DNA of 64,000 nt from an uncultured Gemmatimonadales bacterium (GTDB lineage Bacteria > Gemmatimonadota > Gemmatimonadetes > Longimicrobiales > RSA9), in NCBI GenBank assembly GCA_963708135.1, contig OY970192.1, positions 4,000,001 through 4,064,000 on the forward strand, written 5' to 3'. Position numbers and translations under genes: made by a program. Position 1 is the first letter of the stretch; every line of letters starts with the position of its first letter. Positions 38,599-49,040 of the stretch are shown one piece after another. Below the pieces are notes generated by a model. That model made no database searches, had not been told where the DNA came from, and was given only the letters and a program-made list of their open reading frames with translations.

Positions 38599-40086
38599 TC
38601 AGAGGTCCCGCGCGTCTCGATCTCCATCTCCCGGCAGCGAATCCAGCAGCTCCCAGGCGCGCCTCACGTGGTGCTCGCGGGTCCGCAGGTTCCCGACCGC
38701 CAGCCGAAGCGCGTAGCGCCCCTTCGCCCGGGTGTGCGAGAGGAAGACCTCGCCCGTCGCATTGACGCGCTCGAGGAGGCCGGCGTTGAGGATTTCGAGC
38801 TCGGCCTCGTCGTCGCACCCCGGGGGATGGCTCCGGAACACGACGACCGAGAACGGCGTCGGCGCGAGGCGCTCGAAGCGCGGGCTGGCGTCCACCCATC
38901 CCGCGAAGAGCCGGGCGAGCCGGATGTGCTCGGCGAGCCGGGCGCCAATGCCTTCGGCGCCGAACCAGCGCAACACGAACCACAGCTTCAGCGCGCGGAA
39001 CCGGCGTCCGAGCGCAACGCCGTAGTCCATCAGGTTGAGCGCTTCCTCCCCGGTGGTGGTGGTGAGATACTCGGGCACCAGGCTGAAGGCGCGGCGGAAG
39101 AGGTCGAGGCGGCGGGTGAAGAGAGCCGAGCAGTCGATCGGCACGAACAGCCACTTGTGCGGATTCATCACCACGGAATGGGCGCGCCCGCAGCCCTCCA
39201 GCACCCCCTCCATCCCTGGAACGAGGGTGGCGGCGCCGGCATAAGCCGCATCGACGTGCAGCCAGATGCCTTCGCGCTCGCAGAGGTCGGCGATCGGGCC
39301 CACGGGATCAACGGACGTGGTGGAGGTGGTACCCACGGTGGCCACGACCGCGAGCGGCCGGATGCCGGTCGCCCGGTCCTCGGCGATCGCACGCTCGAGC
39401 GCCGCCACGTCCATGCGGTAGTCGTCGTCCGTCGCGATCCGGCGCACGCCGGAGAGCCCGAGGCCCAGCGTGATGACGGCCTTGTCCACGCTGGAGTGCG
39501 CCTCCTCCGAGCAGTAGACGCGGAGCCGCGGCAGCTCGGGCCGGCCGGCGAGCCCCTCTTCCCGGATGCGCAGCTCGGGGGCCAGCTCCCGGGCCGCGGC
39601 GAGCGCCCACAGCGTGCTGGACGATGCGGTGTCGGCGATCTCCCCGGCGAAGCCGTCGGGCAGCCCGATCAGGCGGCGCAGCCAGTCCAGCGTGACCTGC
39701 TCGAGCTCGGTCTCCGCCGGTCCCGTCCGCCACAGCATGGCGTTCACGTTGAGCGCGGCAGAGAGCGCCTCGGCGAGGATCCCCGGCGCGGAGCCGGTGA
39801 TCGAGAAGTACGCGAAGAACCCCGGATGATTCCAGTGGGTGGTGTTCGGGAGGATCAGCCGATCGAAATCGTCGAGGATCGCCTGCATCGGCTCGCCCCG
39901 CCGGGGAGCCTCCGCCGGCAAGCGGGCGCGGACGTCTCCCGGCTCGAGGGCGGGGAGCACCGGCCAGCGCTCGGGGTGCTCGAGGTAGGTGGCGATCCGC
40001 TCGATGACGTCCGCGCCGAAGCGGCGGAACGCCTCCGGGTCCATGTCTCCCGGAGTCTCTCGCGGAACCGGCTCTTCCGGCAGCAT
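38599..40086 (-). CDS. Group II PLP-dependent (aromatic L-amino acid) decarboxylase
   Basis: THWNHPGFFAYF, HSSVDKA, HVDAAYAG, NPHKWL, GRRFRALKLW. Confidence 0.9.
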   Translation of the reverse strand: MLPEEPVPRETPGDMDPEAFRRFGADVIERIATYLEHPERWPVLPALEPGDVRARLPAEAPRRGEPMQAILDDFDRLILPNTTHWNHPGFFAYFSITGSAPGILAEALSAALNVNAMLWRTGPAETELEQVTLDWLRRLIGLPDGFAGEIADTASSSTLWALAAARELAPELRIREEGLAGRPELPRLRVYCSEEAHSSVDKAVITLGLGLSGVRRIATDDDYRMDVAALERAIAEDRATGIRPLAVVATVGTTSTTSVDPVGPIADLCEREGIWLHVDAAYAGAATLVPGMEGVLEGCGRAHSVVMNPHKWLFVPIDCSALFTRRLDLFRRAFSLVPEYLTTTTGEEALNLMDYGVALGRRFRALKLWFVLRWFGAEGIGARLAEHIRLARLFAGWVDASPRFERLAPTPFSVVVFRSHPPGCDDEAELEILNAGLLERVNATGEVFLSHTRAKGRYALRLAVGNLRTREHHVRRAWELLDSLPGDGDRDARDL

Positions 40087-40160
40087 GGCGGCAAGGTAGC
40101 CGGCGGTCGCTGCCGCGTCCACCGGAGGGCGAGGCGTTGAGCCGCTCCCGCCGGGGCCGT

Positions 40161-41711
40161 ATGTTGCTGCCCATGACTCGGCCCCGACTCATCTCGCCCA
40201 GGCGCCGCCGCGCGGCGCTGCTCGCCCTCGCATTGTTCCTCGCGGCGGTCCAGGGCTGCGCCCCGCTGCGGGGCGGGCCGCACCCGTCGCCCGCCCGCGG
40301 CCTGGCGGCGGGGATCGACTCGATCATCGGCGCGCCCCCCCTCGACCGGACCCACTGGGGCATCGAGGTCTTCGACCCGGCGTCCGGCCGTGTCCTCTAC
40401 GCGCACGACGCCGACCAGCATTTCATCCCGGCCTCGAACACGAAGCTCGTGGCCACCACCACGGCCATGGCGCTGCTCGGCCCCGATTTTCGCTACGAGA
40501 CGCCGGTGTACGCGCTGACCCGGAGCGGCGCCCGCGACTCCGTCGCCACCGGGCTCGTGATCGTCGGCAGTGGGGATCCGACGCTCTCGGATGCGTTCAC
40601 GGCGACCCATCCGGGCATGCTCGCCGCGATCGCCGATTCCGTTCGCGCCGCCGGCATCCGCCGCATTGATGGCGACCTCGTGGTCGACGCCAGCGCGTTC
40701 GAGGAGCGAGGCGTTGACCCGTCGTGGGAGCTGGGCGACCTGATCTGGTACTACGCCGCGCCGATCAACGCCTTCGCGGTGGCGGAAGGAACACGGCGCC
40801 TGGTCCTCCTGCCGGGCTACCTCCCCGGGCAGCCAGCCGGTGTCCGCTTCCTGGGGCCGGACCCCAGGACGGCCGTGCAGAACGATCTCATGACCGGGCC
40901 CTCCGACGCGCGCCGCCGCTTCAACGCCGAGCGGCGCCCGGGGATCGACACCCTGTTTCTGGCGGGCATCGTCCCCGCCGGCGCCGCGCCCGACACCCAG
41001 ACGCTCACGGTGGTCGAGCCCGCCGCGTACGCCGGACGGGCGCTACGCGCAGCGCTGGCGGGACGAGGGATCCCGGTCTCCGGCGCGGTGCGGGTGGTCT
41101 ACGACACCGCGGAGGCGCGCGCCCTCGGGGTCGGCCCCGGCCGGCTGCACAGCATCCGCGTCGCCGACTGGACCTCCCCGCCGCTCGCGGAGATCGTGAC
41201 GGCCATCCTCAGGCCCAGCGACAACTGGATGGCCGAGCAGGTGCTGAAGACGATCGGGCTGCAGAAGCAGGGCTGGGGGAGCTGGCGCAACGGCATCGCG
41301 GTCGAGGATGAGTTCATGACGGGGCAGGTCGGGGTGGACAGCGCCGCCCTCTGGCTCCGCGACGGCTCCGGCCTCTCGGCCCAGGACCTCCTCACCCCCG
41401 CCGCGATCGTCCGGATCCTCTCCTATGTCCGTACCCAGCCATGGGCACCCGACTACATGACAGCGCTGGCCGCCCCGGGACTGAAGGGGTCCACCCTCTC
41501 GCACCGGCTCACCGCCCTCGAGGGCCGGCTGCACGCCAAGACCGGCAGCATCACGCACGTCAATTCCCTCAGCGGGTACCTCCGAACAGACAGTGGACGA
41601 GAGCTGGTCTTCAGCATCCTGAGCAACGGCTCGAGCGTGCCGGCCGGCCGCGTGCGGGCGGCTATCGATGCCATCGTGACCCGGATCGCCTCTGAAGGAG
41701 CCAACAGATGA
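40161..41711 (+). CDS. dacB: D-alanyl-D-alanine carboxypeptidase/endopeptidase (PBP4, S13)
   Basis: PASNTK, GSGDP, SDN, DGSGLS, KTGS. Confidence 0.9.
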   Translation: MLLPMTRPRLISPRRRRAALLALALFLAAVQGCAPLRGGPHPSPARGLAAGIDSIIGAPPLDRTHWGIEVFDPASGRVLYAHDADQHFIPASNTKLVATTTAMALLGPDFRYETPVYALTRSGARDSVATGLVIVGSGDPTLSDAFTATHPGMLAAIADSVRAAGIRRIDGDLVVDASAFEERGVDPSWELGDLIWYYAAPINAFAVAEGTRRLVLLPGYLPGQPAGVRFLGPDPRTAVQNDLMTGPSDARRRFNAERRPGIDTLFLAGIVPAGAAPDTQTLTVVEPAAYAGRALRAALAGRGIPVSGAVRVVYDTAEARALGVGPGRLHSIRVADWTSPPLAEIVTAILRPSDNWMAEQVLKTIGLQKQGWGSWRNGIAVEDEFMTGQVGVDSAALWLRDGSGLSAQDLLTPAAIVRILSYVRTQPWAPDYMTALAAPGLKGSTLSHRLTALEGRLHAKTGSITHVNSLSGYLRTDSGRELVFSILSNGSSVPAGRVRAAIDAIVTRIASEGANR

Positions 41712-42154
41712 CGAAAGCGAAAGCGGCAGCCCTCATCGCGGTAGGCGTCGTCCTGGCCTTCCTGATCGGCTTCGGCTGGCAGTACACCCGAGCCACGCGC
41801 TTCAGCGCGGAACTCGACCGTGCGGATCAGGCACTCGCCTTCCAGCGCCTCGAGGCGACGCTGGGCGCCGCCACCATCGAGGCGCAGGGCGCGGCTTACG
41901 AGCCCGCCCGAAAGCTCGCAAGCGACTTCTTCACCGGGCTCCAGCACGACATTGGCCAGGCCCCCGCAAACGCCACGGCCGGGCTCCGCGCCATCCTCGG
42001 CCAGCGCGACGCGGTGATCACAAGCCTCTCGCGCTCCGACCCGCAGGCCGGGAACGTCCTGGCCGACCTGTTCGAGCAGTACCGCGCCGCGCTCGGCGAG
42101 ACCATTCCGGCCCCCGCGGCGCCGGCGGGGAGCACCGCCGCGCCGCCCCACTGA
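41708..42154 (+). CDS. Hypothetical protein with an N-terminal TM anchor
   Basis: ATGA overlap with the dacB stop; SD GAAGGAG. Confidence 0.7.
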   Translation: MTKAKAAALIAVGVVLAFLIGFGWQYTRATRFSAELDRADQALAFQRLEATLGAATIEAQGAAYEPARKLASDFFTGLQHDIGQAPANATAGLRAILGQRDAVITSLSRSDPQAGNVLADLFEQYRAALGETIPAPAAPAGSTAAPPH

Positions 42155-42208
42155 GCCGCGCGAGCCGGCTCCGCGCCGGCTTCGCCTCTGACCGCGTCCA
42201 GCCCGCGC

Positions 42209-43096
42209 TCAGCGCCCCGCCGCCGCCCGCTTCTCTCGCCGGCGCCGCTGCGCCAGCGCGCGGCGGGTGGCCCGGTACCCCTCCTCGATGAAGTATTCCG
42301 TCCTGTCGAAGTCGAACGTCGAGAAGCCGTCCAGCCGCGGCCTCACGTGGACCAGGGCCGGGCCGTCCCACGCCGCAAGCCGCGCCTGCCGCTGCGCGTG
42401 CGCCATGATGTCGTACACGCGGTGGTGAATGGCCACCATGCCCTTCGACAGCGTGTCCAGCGCGTCCTTCCGCTCCCCTGCCGAGACGTCAACCGCGATC
42501 ACGAGATCCGCCCCCCGCTCCGCCGCCCGCGTGATCGGCAGAGAGTCTCCCACGCCCCCATCCACGTAGTGCACCCCATCGATCTCCGCGGGCGGAAAGA
42601 ACAGCGGCAGCGCCGAGGAAGCGTAGACCGCGTCCGGAATCGGCACGTCACGGCGCCCATCCCAGCCGAACCACTCCATCCGGCCCGTGTCCAGATCCAC
42701 CGCGTTCATCGACAGCGGCAGAGCGAGCCGGCTGAACCAGCGCTCCGGGACCACCCGGTCGATGTAGGCGCGGAATGCCTCGTCGCGGAATACGCTCGCC
42801 TGACGGATGCCGTTGATCAGCAGCGAGCGGCCGTTCATCGAGACGATGTCCTTCTTCTCGAGCGAGAGCGCCTTCGAGGCCAGCTCCTCCCACCCCTCTC
42901 CCGCCGCCAGGCACGCACCCACCAGCGCCCCGATGCTCGTCCCCACGATCTCCGACACCTCGATCCCGCCCTCCACGATCGCGCGCCACGCGCCGATGTG
43001 CGCCAGCCCCTTGATCCCGCCGCCACCGAGCACCAGCACCACCCGCTGGATCGCCGCTCCCTCCTCACGCGCGCGCGCACGTTTCAGATCCGTCAT
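42209..43096 (-). CDS. Patatin-like phospholipase
   Basis: GGGGIKG, GTSIG, DGG. Confidence 0.9.
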   Translation of the reverse strand: MTDLKRARAREEGAAIQRVVLVLGGGGIKGLAHIGAWRAIVEGGIEVSEIVGTSIGALVGACLAAGEGWEELASKALSLEKKDIVSMNGRSLLINGIRQASVFRDEAFRAYIDRVVPERWFSRLALPLSMNAVDLDTGRMEWFGWDGRRDVPIPDAVYASSALPLFFPPAEIDGVHYVDGGVGDSLPITRAAERGADLVIAVDVSAGERKDALDTLSKGMVAIHHRVYDIMAHAQRQARLAAWDGPALVHVRPRLDGFSTFDFDRTEYFIEEGYRATRRALAQRRRREKRAAAGR

Positions 43097-43251
43097 CCGT
43101 GCTCCTCCCCATTTCTCCGATCCAACTCCCGGACTCGTCCTGGCCCCATCCTCAGGGAACGCGCCACCCGCCGCCGAAGCGACGCACGGCCACCCCTTTC
43201 TACCCTCGGCCGCCCCTCGCGGGGTCCGCGTCCGCACGCGGCTTTCCGCCC

Positions 43252-43307
43252 TTGACACCATTTCCGGCCGCGGGTAGGTTCATAAGTTGATATCGAGAAT
43301 CATTCTT
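43252..43307 (+). promoter_or_regulatory. suf operon sigma70 promoter followed by a Fur-like box
   Basis: TTGACA-17-TAGGTT (43252-43280); GATATCGAGAATCATTCTT (43289-43307) matches 14 of 19 positions of GATAATGATAATCATTATC. Confidence 0.65.
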
Positions 43308-43361
43308 GATGCCTCCGCTTCGCGGAGCCCGTGCACCGCCGGAAGGACGAGGACCAAGGGG

Positions 43362-44135
43362 ATGAACGAGCCGCTGCTGAAGATCTCGAATCTCCACGCG
43401 AGCATCGCGGAGGATGGGACGGAGATCCTGAAGGGGGTGGACCTGGAGCTGGGAGAGGGCGAGATCCACGCGATCATGGGCCCGAACGGCTCGGGGAAGA
43501 GCACGCTCTCGAAGGTGCTCTCGGGCCATCCGGCATACGAGGTGACGGAGGGGGAGGTGTCGTTTCGGGGGGGGAACCTGCTGGAGCTGGGGGTGGACGA
43601 GCGGGCGCGGGAGGGGCTGTTCCTGGCGTTCCAGTACCCGGTGGACATCCCTGGGGTCTCGATCGCGAACTTCCTGCGGACGGCGGTGCAGGCGCGCAAT
43701 CCGGAGGAGGAGGTGGACATCTTCGACTTCCAGGAGGAGCTGCTGGAGAAGATGGCTCTGCTGGAGATGGACCCGAAGTTCGCGGAGCGGAGCGTCAACG
43801 ACGGGTTCAGCGGCGGAGAGAAGAAGCGCAACGAGATCCTTCAGCTGGCGATGCTGCGGCCCCGTCTGGCGGTGCTGGACGAGACGGATTCCGGGCTGGA
43901 CATCGATGCGTTGAAGGTAGTCTCGCGGGGCGTGAACACGATGCACCGCGAGGATCCGAAGGCTACGTTTCTGCTGATCACGCACTACCAGCGGATTCTG
44001 GACTACATCCGGCCGGACCGGGTGCACGTGATGGTGGCGGGGCGGATCGTGGAGTCGGGCGGTCCGGAGCTGGCGGAGCGGCTGGAGGAACAGGGATACG
44101 ACGTGTGGAAGACGGAGCCGGCGCCGGCGCTTTGA
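43362..44135 (+). CDS. sufC: Fe-S cluster assembly ATPase SufC
   Basis: [37 protein letters not shown]. Confidence 0.96.
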   Translation: MNEPLLKISNLHASIAEDGTEILKGVDLELGEGEIHAIMGPNGSGKSTLSKVLSGHPAYEVTEGEVSFRGGNLLELGVDERAREGLFLAFQYPVDIPGVSIANFLRTAVQARNPEEEVDIFDFQEELLEKMALLEMDPKFAERSVNDGFSGGEKKRNEILQLAMLRPRLAVLDETDSGLDIDALKVVSRGVNTMHREDPKATFLLITHYQRILDYIRPDRVHVMVAGRIVESGGPELAERLEEQGYDVWKTEPAPAL

Positions 44136-44185
44136 GGCGCGCGGCCGAACGGGCGCGCGAGTGAGGTTCTGAGAGAGGTTGGACG

Positions 44186-45601
44186 ATGCCGCAGAACGAG
44201 ACGGTCCAGGGGCTCGGGCTCGAGGAGTACAAATACGGCTTCATCACGGCGGACAAGCCCGTCTTCAAGGCGCAGAAGGGGCTCTCCGAGGAGGTGGTGC
44301 GGCAGATCTCGGCGCACAAGGGGGAGCCGGAATGGATGCTGAAGTTCCGGCTGAAGGCGCTCCGGATCTACGAGTCGAAGCCGATGCCGACGTGGGGTGG
44401 GGATCTGTCCCAGCTGGATGCGACGCTGGACGAGATCTACTATTACCTGAAGCCGCAGGAGCGGATGGAGCGCTCCTGGGACGATGTTCCGCAGGAGATC
44501 AAGGATACGTTCGAGAAGCTGGGGATCCCGGAGGCCGAGCGGAAGGTGCTCGCCGGGGTGGGGGCGCAGTACGAGTCCGAGATGGTCTACCACTCGCTCA
44601 AGCGGGAGTGGGAGGAGAAGGGGATCATCTTCGACTCGATCGAGGACGGACTGCGAAAGCACCCCGAGCTGTTCCGCGAGTATTTCGGCACGGTGATTCC
44701 CCCGGCGGACAACAAGTTCGCGGCGCTGAACTCGGCGGTGTGGTCGGGCGGCTCGTTCGTCTACATCCCGAAGGGCGTGAAGGTGGAGACGCCGCTGCAG
44801 GCCTACTTCCGGGTGAACGCGGAGCGGATGGGCCAGTTCGAGCGCACGCTGATCATCGTCGATGAAGGGGCGCAGGCGCAGTACATCGAGGGGTGCACGG
44901 CGCCGGTCTACTCGACGGAATCGTTTCACTCGGGCGTGATCGAGATCATCGTCAAGCCGAACGCGCGCTTCCGCTACGTCACGATCCAGAACTGGTCCAA
45001 CAACATGTACAACCTGGTGACGCAGCGGGCGCTGGTGCACGAGCACGGCAAGATGGAATGGCTGGACGGGAACCTGGGCTCGAAGCTGACGATGAAGTAC
45101 CCGTCATGCTACCTGGTGGGGGCGGGAGCGCACGGCTCGATCCTGTCGATCGCGTACGCGGGCAACGGGCAGCACCAGGACACGGGCGGCAAGGTCGTCC
45201 ACGCCGCACCGCACACGACGTCACAGATCATCTCGAAGTCGATCTCGAAGGGAACGGGCCGGGCCTCCTACCGCGGGCTGGCCAAAGTGTATGACGGCGC
45301 GACGGGCGCGAAGTCGAACGTCGAGTGCGACGCGCTGCTGCTGGACGAGACGGCGCGGACGGACACGTTCCCCTACATCGAGATCGAGGAGAACACCGCC
45401 AACATCGGCCACGAGGCCACGGTCTCGAAGATCGGCGACGAGCAGCTGTTCTACCTCATGAGCCGGGGACTCTCCGAGGGGGAGGCCTCGGCCATGATCG
45501 TGCGCGGCTTCATCGAGCCGATCGCGAAGCAGCTGCCACTCGAGTACGCGGTCGAGCTGAACCGGCTGATCGAGCTGGAGATGGAGGGGAGCGTTGGCTG
45601 A
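44186..45601 (+). CDS. sufB: Fe-S cluster assembly protein SufB
   Basis: [28 protein letters not shown]. Confidence 0.96.
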   Translation: MPQNETVQGLGLEEYKYGFITADKPVFKAQKGLSEEVVRQISAHKGEPEWMLKFRLKALRIYESKPMPTWGGDLSQLDATLDEIYYYLKPQERMERSWDDVPQEIKDTFEKLGIPEAERKVLAGVGAQYESEMVYHSLKREWEEKGIIFDSIEDGLRKHPELFREYFGTVIPPADNKFAALNSAVWSGGSFVYIPKGVKVETPLQAYFRVNAERMGQFERTLIIVDEGAQAQYIEGCTAPVYSTESFHSGVIEIIVKPNARFRYVTIQNWSNNMYNLVTQRALVHEHGKMEWLDGNLGSKLTMKYPSCYLVGAGAHGSILSIAYAGNGQHQDTGGKVVHAAPHTTSQIISKSISKGTGRASYRGLAKVYDGATGAKSNVECDALLLDETARTDTFPYIEIEENTANIGHEATVSKIGDEQLFYLMSRGLSEGEASAMIVRGFIEPIAKQLPLEYAVELNRLIELEMEGSVG

Positions 45602-46931
45602 GTCGTCCACGGCCGTGACGCCCGCGCTGGAAGCGGAGGGTGTGAACGACGCCTTCAACCGCGCGGCCGTGGAAGCCGCGGGCGCCGACGAGCCGGAGTG
45701 GCTGCGGCAGCGCCGGCTGGAGGCCTGGCAGGTCTACGAGCGGACTCCGCTGCCGACCCGGAAGATGGAGGAGTGGCGCTACACGGACGTCTCGCTGCTC
45801 TCGCTGGACGCCGTGCGCCTGGCGGCCACTCCCGCAGACGCGCCGGTGCCGGGCGAGGCACGCCTGCTCCTGCGCGACCGGATCGCGTCGGGCAAGGTGC
45901 TGCAGGTGGGCTCCCGCATCGTCGAGGTCGAGCTGAACGACGCGCTGCGCGCGAAGGGCGTGATCCTCATGGACCTCGGGCGGGCGGTGTGCGAGCACGG
46001 TGAGCTGGTGGAGCGCTACCTCGCCACGCGCGCGCTGCCGGCGGAGCGGGGGAAGTTCGAGGCGCTCTCGGCAGCGCTGTGGAAGTCCGGCGTTTTCCTC
46101 TACGTGCCCCGGGGGGTCCGGCTGACGGAGCCGGTGCGGGTGGCGCGCTGGTTGCCGGAGGCGGGCATCGCCGTGCTGCCGCGCACGCTGATCCTGGCCG
46201 AGGAAGGCAGCCACGTCGCGTACGTCGAGGAGTTCGCCTCGCCGGCCTTCGAGACGCCGGCTCTCTCGCTCGGCGGCGTGGAGGTGTTCGCCGGGGACGG
46301 CGCGGACGTGCAGTACGTGGCTCTTCAGCGCTGGGGCCGCGGCGTGAAGCACCTGTCGATGCAGCGGACGCTGGCGGGGCGGGACGCGAACCTGGACTCG
46401 CTGGTGGTGAACCTGGGCGCGTCGGTGGCGCGGGTGGACCTGGCGGCGGCGCTGGAGGGACCGGGCGCCCGCAGCGACATGCTGGGTCTCTACTTCGGCG
46501 AGGGCTCGCAGCACTTCGACCACAACACGCGGCAGGACCACACGGTGCCTCACGCCACCAGCGACCTGCTCTACAAGGGCGCGCTGTACGATGAGGCAAG
46601 GGCGATCTTCCGGGGGCTGATCAAGGTTTTCCCGAAGGCGCAGCGTACGGACGCGTATCAGACGAACCGTAACCTGCTCCTGTCGGACAAGGCGCAAGCG
46701 ACGTCGTTGCCGAACCTCGAGATCGAGGCGGACGACGTACGTTGCTCCCACGCGGCGACGGTGGGGCACCTGGATGACGAGGAGTTGTTCTACATCATGA
46801 GCCGGGGCGTGCCGCGCCGGCAGGCGGAGCGCCTGGTGGTATTCGGCTTCTTCGGCGAGGTGCTCGAGCGGCTGCCGCTGCCGGGCGTGGTCGAGGAGCT
46901 GCGCGCGGCGATCGAGCGGAAGATCGGGTAG
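45594..46931 (+). CDS. sufD: Fe-S cluster assembly protein SufD
   Basis: [26 protein letters not shown]. Confidence 0.93.
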   Translation: MAESSTAVTPALEAEGVNDAFNRAAVEAAGADEPEWLRQRRLEAWQVYERTPLPTRKMEEWRYTDVSLLSLDAVRLAATPADAPVPGEARLLLRDRIASGKVLQVGSRIVEVELNDALRAKGVILMDLGRAVCEHGELVERYLATRALPAERGKFEALSAALWKSGVFLYVPRGVRLTEPVRVARWLPEAGIAVLPRTLILAEEGSHVAYVEEFASPAFETPALSLGGVEVFAGDGADVQYVALQRWGRGVKHLSMQRTLAGRDANLDSLVVNLGASVARVDLAAALEGPGARSDMLGLYFGEGSQHFDHNTRQDHTVPHATSDLLYKGALYDEARAIFRGLIKVFPKAQRTDAYQTNRNLLLSDKAQATSLPNLEIEADDVRCSHAATVGHLDDEELFYIMSRGVPRRQAERLVVFGFFGEVLERLPLPGVVEELRAAIERKIG

Positions 46932-47243
46932 GTGCCCGAGGGCTACATCCGGGTGGCCTCGGTATCGGAGGTCGCGCCGGGGACGCTGCTGGGCGTGGAG
47001 GTCGAGGGGCGCCGGATCTGCCTGGCCAACGTGGACGGCGAGATCTACGCGCTGCAGGACAACTGCTCGCACGAGGACTTCCCGCTCTCGGCCGGCGATC
47101 TCGAGGACGACGAGTTGACCTGTGCCTGGCACGGCGCGCGCTTCGACGTCACGACCGGCCGGGCGCTCTGCCTTCCCGCCATCCGGCCCGTGAGGACGTT
47201 CGACGTGAGAGTGGAGGGCGACGCGGTCTACGTCGCCCCCTGA
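46932..47243 (+). CDS. Rieske-type ferredoxin
   Basis: CSH...CAWH. Confidence 0.9.
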   Translation: MPEGYIRVASVSEVAPGTLLGVEVEGRRICLANVDGEIYALQDNCSHEDFPLSAGDLEDDELTCAWHGARFDVTTGRALCLPAIRPVRTFDVRVEGDAVYVAP

Positions 47244-47261
47244 CCGCAATTGGAGGAACGC

Positions 47262-48545
47262 ATGGCCACCCGCACCGAGCATTCAGCCCGCGGGGAGCCG
47301 CGCGTCTCCGCCCCGCCGCTGGACCTCGCCTCGGTCCGCGCCGAGTACCCCGCCCTGCACCAGGACGTCAACGGCTATCCGCTGGCCTACCTGGACAGCG
47401 CCGCATCCGCCCAGCGACCGCGCGCCGTGATCGACGCGGTGCGGCACTTCTACGAGCACGACAACGCCAATGTGCACCGTGGGCTGTATGCCCTCTCCCA
47501 GCGGGCGACGGACCGCTTCGAGGCGGCCCGGGAGACGGTCGCGCACTTCGTGAACGCGCGCGAGACGGCCGAGCTCGTCTGGGTGCGCGGCACGACGGAG
47601 GCGGTGAACCTCGTGGCCGCCACGTGGGGCGCGGCGAACCTCGCTGCGGGCGACGAGATCGTCCTCACGATGCTCGAGCACCACTCGAACATCGTGCCGT
47701 GGCAGCTCGCGGCGGAACGGTCGGGCGCCGTGGTACGCTGGCTCGACATCGACGAGGAGGGGCGGCTCCGGCTGGACCAGCTGGACGAACTTCTCGGTCC
47801 ACGCACGAAGCTGGTGGCCGTGGGGCACGTCTCGAACGCGCTCGGCACCGTCAACCCCGTGCGTGAAATCGTGGCTCGGGCCCACGCGGTGGGCGCACGC
47901 GTGCTGATCGATGGCGCGCAGGGTGCCGTCCACCTGAGCGTCGATGTGCAGGCGCTCGACTGCGACTTCTACGCTTTCTCCGGCCACAAGATGGGCGCTC
48001 CGATGGGGATCGGCGCGCTGTGGGCCCGGCGCGAGCTGCTGGAGGCGATGCCGCCGTACCAGGGCGGCGGCGAGATGATCGACCACGTGGGCCTGGACGG
48101 CTCGACCTGGGCGGCGGTGCCCCACAAGTTCGAGGCCGGAACGCCGAACGTGGCCGGTGCCATCGGGCTGGCCGCCGCGCTGGACCATCTCGGCGCGGTA
48201 GGCTGGGAGGCGATCCGCGGGCACGAGCGGGAGCTCGTCGCTTACGGGCTGGAGGTCCTCCCGCGCGTGCCAGGGCTGCGGCTCTTCGGCCCTCGTACCG
48301 AGGACGACCGGGTGGCGGTGTTCTCGTTCGAGCTGGAGGGCGTCCACCCGCACGATGTCGCGACCGTGCTGGACGCCGAGGGCGTGGCCGTGCGCGCGGG
48401 TCATCATTGCGCGCAGCCGCTCATGCGGCGCCTCGGAGTCCATGCCACGACCCGTGCCTCCTGCTACCTTTACAACACGTTCGACGAGCTCGACCGCCTG
48501 GTGGCGGCGCTCGGCTCCGCGAGACGGCTGTTCCATGGCGAATGA
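47262..48545 (+). CDS. sufS: Cysteine desulfurase SufS
   Basis: YLDSAAS, EHHSN, FSGHKM, FEAGTP, RAGHHCA. Confidence 0.95.
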   Translation: MATRTEHSARGEPRVSAPPLDLASVRAEYPALHQDVNGYPLAYLDSAASAQRPRAVIDAVRHFYEHDNANVHRGLYALSQRATDRFEAARETVAHFVNARETAELVWVRGTTEAVNLVAATWGAANLAAGDEIVLTMLEHHSNIVPWQLAAERSGAVVRWLDIDEEGRLRLDQLDELLGPRTKLVAVGHVSNALGTVNPVREIVARAHAVGARVLIDGAQGAVHLSVDVQALDCDFYAFSGHKMGAPMGIGALWARRELLEAMPPYQGGGEMIDHVGLDGSTWAAVPHKFEAGTPNVAGAIGLAAALDHLGAVGWEAIRGHERELVAYGLEVLPRVPGLRLFGPRTEDDRVAVFSFELEGVHPHDVATVLDAEGVAVRAGHHCAQPLMRRLGVHATTRASCYLYNTFDELDRLVAALGSARRLFHGE

Positions 48546-49002
48546 ACCCACGACGCCCGCACTGGCCTCGCTCTACCAGGAGCTGATCCTGGAGCACTAC
48601 AGGCACCCCCGGAACCAGGGGGAGCTGCCCGAGGCGGATGTGGACATCCGGATGAACAACCCCACCTGCGGCGATGACGTCCACCTCCAGCTGCACGTCG
48701 AGGGTGGCACCATCCGGGACGTGAAGTTCACCGGCACCGGCTGCTCCATCTCGCAGGCGTCCATCTCGATGATGACGCAGCTCCTCGCCGGGCGGACGCC
48801 GGAGGAGGCACGCGGCCTCGCGGAGCGCTTCACGGAGATGATGCGTGGCGATGCGGAAGCGGCGCGGGACCGAAGCCTCGGGGACCTGCGCGCGCTGTCC
48901 GGCGTGAGCGCGTATCCGGTACGGGTCAAGTGCGCGCTGCTGGGCTGGAACGCGCTCACCGAGGGGCTGCGGCGCCTTACGGACGACGCGCGGCAGGAGT
49001 AG
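48535..49002 (+). CDS. sufU: SUF system sulfur-transfer protein SufU
   Basis: LYQELILEHY, NPTCGD, GCSISQAS, RVKCA. Confidence 0.93.
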   Translation: MANEPTTPALASLYQELILEHYRHPRNQGELPEADVDIRMNNPTCGDDVHLQLHVEGGTIRDVKFTGTGCSISQASISMMTQLLAGRTPEEARGLAERFTEMMRGDAEAARDRSLGDLRALSGVSAYPVRVKCALLGWNALTEGLRRLTDDARQE

Positions 49003-49040
49003 CGCGACCAGGGCCGCGGCGCCGCACGGAGGAGGACGGC

